A DNA stretch of 64,000 nt from Bacteroidota bacterium (GTDB lineage Bacteria; Bacteroidota; Bacteroidia; JABDFU01): positions 7,216 through 71,215 of the forward strand of contig JABDFG010000007.1 in NCBI GenBank assembly GCA_013286655.1, in the 5' to 3' direction. The notes beneath the pieces are model-generated. The model saw only the letters and a program-made list of their open reading frames with translations. It was not told the origin of the DNA and did not search any database. Position numbers and translations under genes: made by a program. The number at the start of each line of letters is the position of its first letter. Within the stretch, counting starts at the first letter, position 1. This document shows, piece by piece, positions 59,335-64,000 of the stretch.

Positions 59335-62300
59335 TTACCGTATCAAAGTTATATTTCCCCTTTTACTGACACTTTGCCCATTTGATAAAATAGCGGTCAG
59401 GTAATAGGCGAAAACTCCCGTTTCCATTGTTTTACCCTTAAAAGTCCCGTCCCAGCCTGTTGCTGGATTTGTGGTTTCAAATACCACTTCTCCCCAGCGG
59501 TCAAACAGTTGAAAATGCAGTTGGATGGCACAGAGTGCTCCCCTCACATAGAGTACATCATTCTGTCCATCACCATTGGGTGAAAAGGCGGTTGGCACAA
59601 AAATCTTGGAAGCCTCACAACTGACAACCGTTATCAGTACACTGTCAATAGCCGTGCAACCATTGACATCGGTAACACTTACCTTATAGCTGGTCGTCTG
59701 ATCAGGAATCGCGGTGGGATTGTAGAGCGTATCGTTATTCAGGGAACTGGAAGGATTCCACAAATACCTTATCCCTCCGCTTGCTGTCAAAAGGATGCTT
59801 TCTCCCTGTGCAATCGTTTCATTCGTTCCAACCCCCACTACCGGATCGGGAAACAAGGAGATGTTGGCTGTTGTTGTGGCTGTACAACCACTCCCATCCC
59901 TCACCGTAACCGTATAGCTGCCCGCCGCTAAACCCGAAACCAGGGTCGAACCCGAAAGCCCTCCACTCCAGGTATAAGTTAATCCGGCGCCAAGGGCCGA
60001 CAGGGTAATCGCTCCATCCGTATTTCCTGTACAGGTATTTTTTACCGTCAGTACACTTACGTTGGCCGGAGTACTGCCCACAACGGTCACCGTTGAAGTA
60101 GCGGTACAACTGTTTGCATCCGTTACCAGCAGCGTATAAGTACTGGCAGCCGATACCGTGTAAGTAGGATTTGCAGGCCCTCCCGTCCATTGATAGATTG
60201 CTCCGGTTGCCGTAGAGCTGCCTGTTAATGTTATATCCGGAGAGTTGCAGGTAATTGTTGGCGACCCAGGTGTTATGCTTACTTCAGGAGCCGGGTTCAG
60301 GGTCACCGTTACCGTGGCTGTCGTGGTTGAGCCGCAGGCATCCGCCCCCGTTACTGTATAAGTGGTCGTTATCGTAGGACTAGCCACAGGATTGGCTATC
60401 GTGGGAGAACTCAAGTTAGCAGAGGGACTCCAGTTGTAACCGCTTCTGCCACTTGCGTTCAGTTGGGCTGAACCTCCCGGACAAATGCCGGTATCCTGGC
60501 TTGCCATGAGGCATGGAATAATAAACTTTGCGATAAATGTATTTTCCTTTCCTGGAACGAGCGTGTTATTAAAATAAGCCGTACCTCCGGGATCAAGGAT
60601 TGGATAAGTAGACCCTTCTGCATCTCCTGAAACAAATACATTCATCCCATCGCTGCAGACATAACTTCCATCACTCTCAGAATCAGCTCCATAATAGGTA
60701 GCCCATCTGCGGACTCCAGCAGTACTAAATTGCAAAATAAATACATCAACACTTGTATTTACAGGTGATCCGGAAATTGTCCCTTTATAATAGCCACAGG
60801 TAGAACTCATCGTCGGAAAATCAGATGAACTCGTTGCCCCACATACCCATACATTTGTCTTATCGCTTTGAATGGAATAACCTATGTCTCCATTTGTTCC
60901 GCTGCCACTGCCCCCATAAAGAGTTGCCCAAATTAATGCACTATTTATACAACTGAACTGTAAAATAAAAGCACTTGTGGTACCGACCCCTCCCTGCAAA
61001 GATTGATTATAAGCCAGCGGAAAAGGCTGAGTTGGGAAATCACTAGATTTTGCCTGTCCGGTCACCCAAACATTTACCCCGTCACTGCTAATTGAATTTC
61101 CCCGATCAACACCGCTTCCTCCAAAATAAGTGGCCCAAACCAGAACCCCAGTGGCACAATTAAATTTCGAAACGAAAATATTTGTGGCCCCCGTCCCACC
61201 CAGTGAAGCCTTGTTATATGCTCCTCCTGCAGCCATAACAGGAAAATCCGTTGAACTTGTTTGTCCTGTCAACCATACATTTACTCCATCGCTATTAATT
61301 GCCCAGCCAAAATCGCTCTTGCTTCCTCCGTAATAAGTTGCCCAAACCCGTGCACTTGTCGATGCATTAAACTTCAATACGAAAGCATTGGTAGCGAATG
61401 CTCCTCCTAATCCCGATTGGTTATAGCCCCCGGCAAGGGGAAAAGTTGGGAAATTTGTTGAGAATGCTTCTCCTGTTACCCAGACATTCACGCCATCACT
61501 ACTGATCGAATTTCCGATATCAGTACCGCTTCCTCCATAGTAAGTAGCCCAGATCAATGCATTGGTTGTACAATTAAATTCCAAAATAAACATACTCTCA
61601 ATTCCAGGAATCACGGTTTTATTATAAGCTCCGGCAAGTGTCCTAGTTTTAAAATTTCCAGAGTTGGTATATCCGGTCACCCACACATTTTTCCCATCAC
61701 TGCAAATGGAAGTTGACAGATCATAGCCGCTTCCTCCGTAATAAGTAGCCCAGATAAGCTGACCACAGGTGCTGAACTCAAGAATAATTAAATCAGAGCT
61801 TCCCACGAAACTTCCTTGGAAATAGGCCGACCCTCCTGCATTATGGGTAGGAAATCCCATTCCGTCCGATACTCCTGTCAACCAGACATTCGCACCATCC
61901 GTGCTTATGGAAAATATATCCCCGTCCCCAGCACCTCCTGCATAATAGCTTGCCCATGTAAGAGAAGGGTCTATTATCAGTGTATCGTCTTTCGCATACT
62001 TATCTAGTGTGAATCGAATTTCATCATCTTTTAAAGTGTAGTGGGTATTTATTAAATGGTCTTTATCATGTCCATAGCTTACCGGTATGCCTTCCTCGAT
62101 ATCACCCATTGGTGTACTTATTTTCAATGAACCATTCTTTTGCAGACCTGGCTTGTCCGTCCATTTATACCTTAGCCTTATTTGAGATGGATCAGCTCCA
62201 GGGTGTACAACAAAATCGTATTTAAAACCACCTACACTTTTTAAATTCTTATTACTCACATCCTTTCTTTTATCTTTATTTGAGTTCATGAATGCTTCGC

Positions 62301-63033
62301 ATTGCCTAAATCCCAAATCCTCACTCTTCAGTACTGAATCCTGGCCTCCCATGCCCTGGTCCGACGCCCTCAGGGCATCGTCCAGATACAACACCCAATC
62401 TATTCCGGGATATATATTTTTAATCGTAATTCTTTCATAACTATGTACATTCATTAACCCGTCCGGACATTGAGGAAGGTAATAATCTGTATGATCTTCG
62501 CTTTCTCCTTCTTTGATCACATTCTCTTTTCGAATATCAGCTCCAACCAATTCCATGTCTGCCCGGCAGTATTGAACGGATACACTTTCGTTTTCACTAT
62601 GTATTCCATGCACCGGAATATTTTTTGACCCTGAAAGCTGCGGAATAATAGCTTTCTCTGTTTTGGTAAATACATAACTCAGTCCCCAGGTGGTGACATA
62701 CATATCTGTGCCGTTACCGCTAGCTTTGAACAGGAGGTTCATATCTGCAACACACTTATCCGCTCTATTCTCTACTGGAGAATAGCCGCCTTGCAAATCG
62801 GTCATTTGACCCTTATTTTCTATGAAACGAAAGGTCCCACTATTACGCATCCAGTTATTAACCTTTGATTCCAGCACAGGATCATTGCTCCCCATAGCCC
62901 TTATAATAAATATAAACAACCCAAGAGCAAATAGCCAAATGCGAAACGAAGCGAAATATTCAGGAACTCCGATAGAACTAAACAGACGAAATGAGTAGTA
63001 AGGGATAAGGAAGAAATTACTTTTTCTATTCAT
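59335..63033 (-). CDS. Large T9SS cargo B, paralogue of A (start uncertain: ATG 63033 or TTG 63051)
   Basis: Same architecture as 55801-59334, ending in PTAFSPNGDGQND...FDRWGE...GNITLIR. Confidence 0.88.
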   Translation of the reverse strand: MNRKSNFFLIPYYSFRLFSSIGVPEYFASFRIWLFALGLFIFIIRAMGSNDPVLESKVNNWMRNSGTFRFIENKGQMTDLQGGYSPVENRADKCVADMNLLFKASGNGTDMYVTTWGLSYVFTKTEKAIIPQLSGSKNIPVHGIHSENESVSVQYCRADMELVGADIRKENVIKEGESEDHTDYYLPQCPDGLMNVHSYERITIKNIYPGIDWVLYLDDALRASDQGMGGQDSVLKSEDLGFRQCEAFMNSNKDKRKDVSNKNLKSVGGFKYDFVVHPGADPSQIRLRYKWTDKPGLQKNGSLKISTPMGDIEEGIPVSYGHDKDHLINTHYTLKDDEIRFTLDKYAKDDTLIIDPSLTWASYYAGGAGDGDIFSISTDGANVWLTGVSDGMGFPTHNAGGSAYFQGSFVGSSDLIILEFSTCGQLIWATYYGGSGYDLSTSICSDGKNVWVTGYTNSGNFKTRTLAGAYNKTVIPGIESMFILEFNCTTNALIWATYYGGSGTDIGNSISSDGVNVWVTGEAFSTNFPTFPLAGGYNQSGLGGAFATNAFVLKFNASTSARVWATYYGGSKSDFGWAINSDGVNVWLTGQTSSTDFPVMAAGGAYNKASLGGTGATNIFVSKFNCATGVLVWATYFGGSGVDRGNSISSDGVNVWVTGQAKSSDFPTQPFPLAYNQSLQGGVGTTSAFILQFSCINSALIWATLYGGSGSGTNGDIGYSIQSDKTNVWVCGATSSSDFPTMSSTCGYYKGTISGSPVNTSVDVFILQFSTAGVRRWATYYGADSESDGSYVCSDGMNVFVSGDAEGSTYPILDPGGTAYFNNTLVPGKENTFIAKFIIPCLMASQDTGICPGGSAQLNASGRSGYNWSPSANLSSPTIANPVASPTITTTYTVTGADACGSTTTATVTVTLNPAPEVSITPGSPTITCNSPDITLTGSSTATGAIYQWTGGPANPTYTVSAASTYTLLVTDANSCTATSTVTVVGSTPANVSVLTVKNTCTGNTDGAITLSALGAGLTYTWSGGLSGSTLVSGLAAGSYTVTVRDGSGCTATTTANISLFPDPVVGVGTNETIAQGESILLTASGGIRYLWNPSSSLNNDTLYNPTAIPDQTTSYKVSVTDVNGCTAIDSVLITVVSCEASKIFVPTAFSPNGDGQNDVLYVRGALCAIQLHFQLFDRWGEVVFETTNPATGWDGTFKGKTMETGVFAYYLTAILSNGQSVSKRGNITLIR

Positions 63034-63097
63034 TTTATGTACCGAAAGCAAGCCCTGTCGCGATTTGCGTTATTTGCCCATCAGGCATGTGACGCGG

Positions 63098-64000
63098 TCA
63101 CTTCAATAAGGTTACATTTCCCTTTTTATTTATGGATTGTCCATTTGATAAGCTAGCAGTTAAATAATAGGTAAAAACTGCTGTGTCCATAACTTTACCC
63201 CTGAAGGTTCCATTCCAGCCGGTTGATGGAATTGTTGTTTCAAACACCAGTTCTCCCCAGCGATCATAGACCGAAAATTTCATCTCTGTTATGCAATCCG
63301 GGGCATGGACAGAAAGCACATCATTCTGACCATCCCCATTGGGAGAAAAGGCAGTTGGTATAAACAGATAGGAAGCCTCACAATCAACAACCGTTATCAA
63401 TACACTGTCTTTTGCCGTACAACCATTGGCATCCGTTACCGTTACCACATAATCCGTTGTTTGGCCGGGATTTGCTATGGGATTGTAAATGCCGGCATTA
63501 TTCAGTGAACCTACCGGTGTCCAGGAATAATTCAATCCTCCACTGGCTGATAACGTTATGCTTGCTCCTCTTGTTATGGTCGCAGCTGATCCTGCATCAG
63601 CTATCGGGTCCGGCAAAACAGCTATACTGGCCAGGGTTGTAGCCGTACATCCGCTGCCATCTGTCACTGTTACCGTATAGCTCCCACCTGCAAGGCCGAT
63701 TTGATCCTGGCTTATGGAGGCATTACTCCAGCTATAGGTTAATCCTGTTCCGGTAGCCACTATGGTAATGCTTCCATCCGTTTTTCCTATACACGTTGGT
63801 GATGTACTTAGTACACTTACTTCCGGAGCAGTGCTGAGAACTGTTACCGTTGAAGTTGCCGTACAACCATTGCTGGCATCGGTAGCTGTTACTGTATAGC
63901 TTGCTGCGATTAATGCTCCTCCATCCCAAACCATCGTAGTACCTGCTGCACTCGTTCCCGTTAAGATAGAACTAGGTGTCATACACGTAAGAATAGTGTT
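63098..64000 (-). CDS. T9SS cargo C with SprB-like repeats and type-B CTD, C-terminal part (ORF runs off window end)
   Basis: Frame is open to the window edge (NTILTC precedes MTPSS); GSYTVTVTDGSGC repeats; PTAFSPNGDGQND...YDRWGE...GNVTLLK. Confidence 0.87.
   Translation of the reverse strand, partial: NTILTCMTPSSILTGTSAAGTTMVWDGGALIAASYTVTATDASNGCTATSTVTVLSTAPEVSVLSTSPTCIGKTDGSITIVATGTGLTYSWSNASISQDQIGLAGGSYTVTVTDGSGCTATTLASIAVLPDPIADAGSAATITRGASITLSASGGLNYSWTPVGSLNNAGIYNPIANPGQTTDYVVTVTDANGCTAKDSVLITVVDCEASYLFIPTAFSPNGDGQNDVLSVHAPDCITEMKFSVYDRWGELVFETTIPSTGWNGTFRGKVMDTAVFTYYLTASLSNGQSINKKGNVTLLK

Noticed and set aside
59332-59337. Gene B stop (TAA) directly followed in frame by the gene A start (GTG), suggesting readthrough into one giant protein
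   Set aside because: Each gene has its own N-terminal hydrophobic signal and its own terminal CTD; TAA is used as a normal stop throughout the window.
55844-59592. Near-identical repeats at the 3' ends of surface proteins as a DGR template/variable repeat pair
   Set aside because: The mismatches are not restricted to adenines, both copies lie in intact CDSs encoding the secretion signal, and there is no reverse transcriptase in the window.
63067-63095. Weak hairpin between T9SS genes C and B
   Set aside because: Interrupted stem, no U-tract, and weaker on the coding strand.

Overview
A 64-kb chromosomal segment from a Bacteroidota genome (inferred from the sprA/T9SS genes, TAnnTTTG-type promoters and ruvA-sprA and rsfS-ftsH-cdsA-psd gene orders). 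It is mostly housekeeping and envelope genes: gmd (partial), der, msrA, ruvA, sprA, radC, hemJ, recG, hemE, hemW, pyrE, birA, rsfS, ftsH, cdsA, psd, msrB, aconitase and wecB, plus four T9SS cargo proteins. I found no rRNA, tRNA, CRISPR array, transposase, integrase or reverse transcriptase. The most notable observations are: (1) a 7-gene cluster without PKS genes (QW-barrel protein, ACP, FkbH, VOC epimerase-like, AAC(3)-like acyltransferase, deacetylase, GNAT) that looks like a glyceryl-ACP-dependent glycan/envelope acylation pathway; (2) a family of 7-bp-phased repeats that forms inverted-arm elements filling intergenic gaps and also appears as in-frame insertions in two T9SS paralogues; (3) an ECF sigma/dual-membrane anti-sigma pair with a duplicated ECF-type promoter that also precedes an unannotated 36-aa membrane peptide; (4) a perfect 30-bp palindrome running from start codon to start codon between two divergent genes; (5) an unannotated 35-aa His/Trp/Arg-rich lipoprotein; (6) near-identical CTD-coding DNA and mosaic structure in a tandem array of T9SS type-B proteins. 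All functional calls come from reading motifs by eye; no searches were run.
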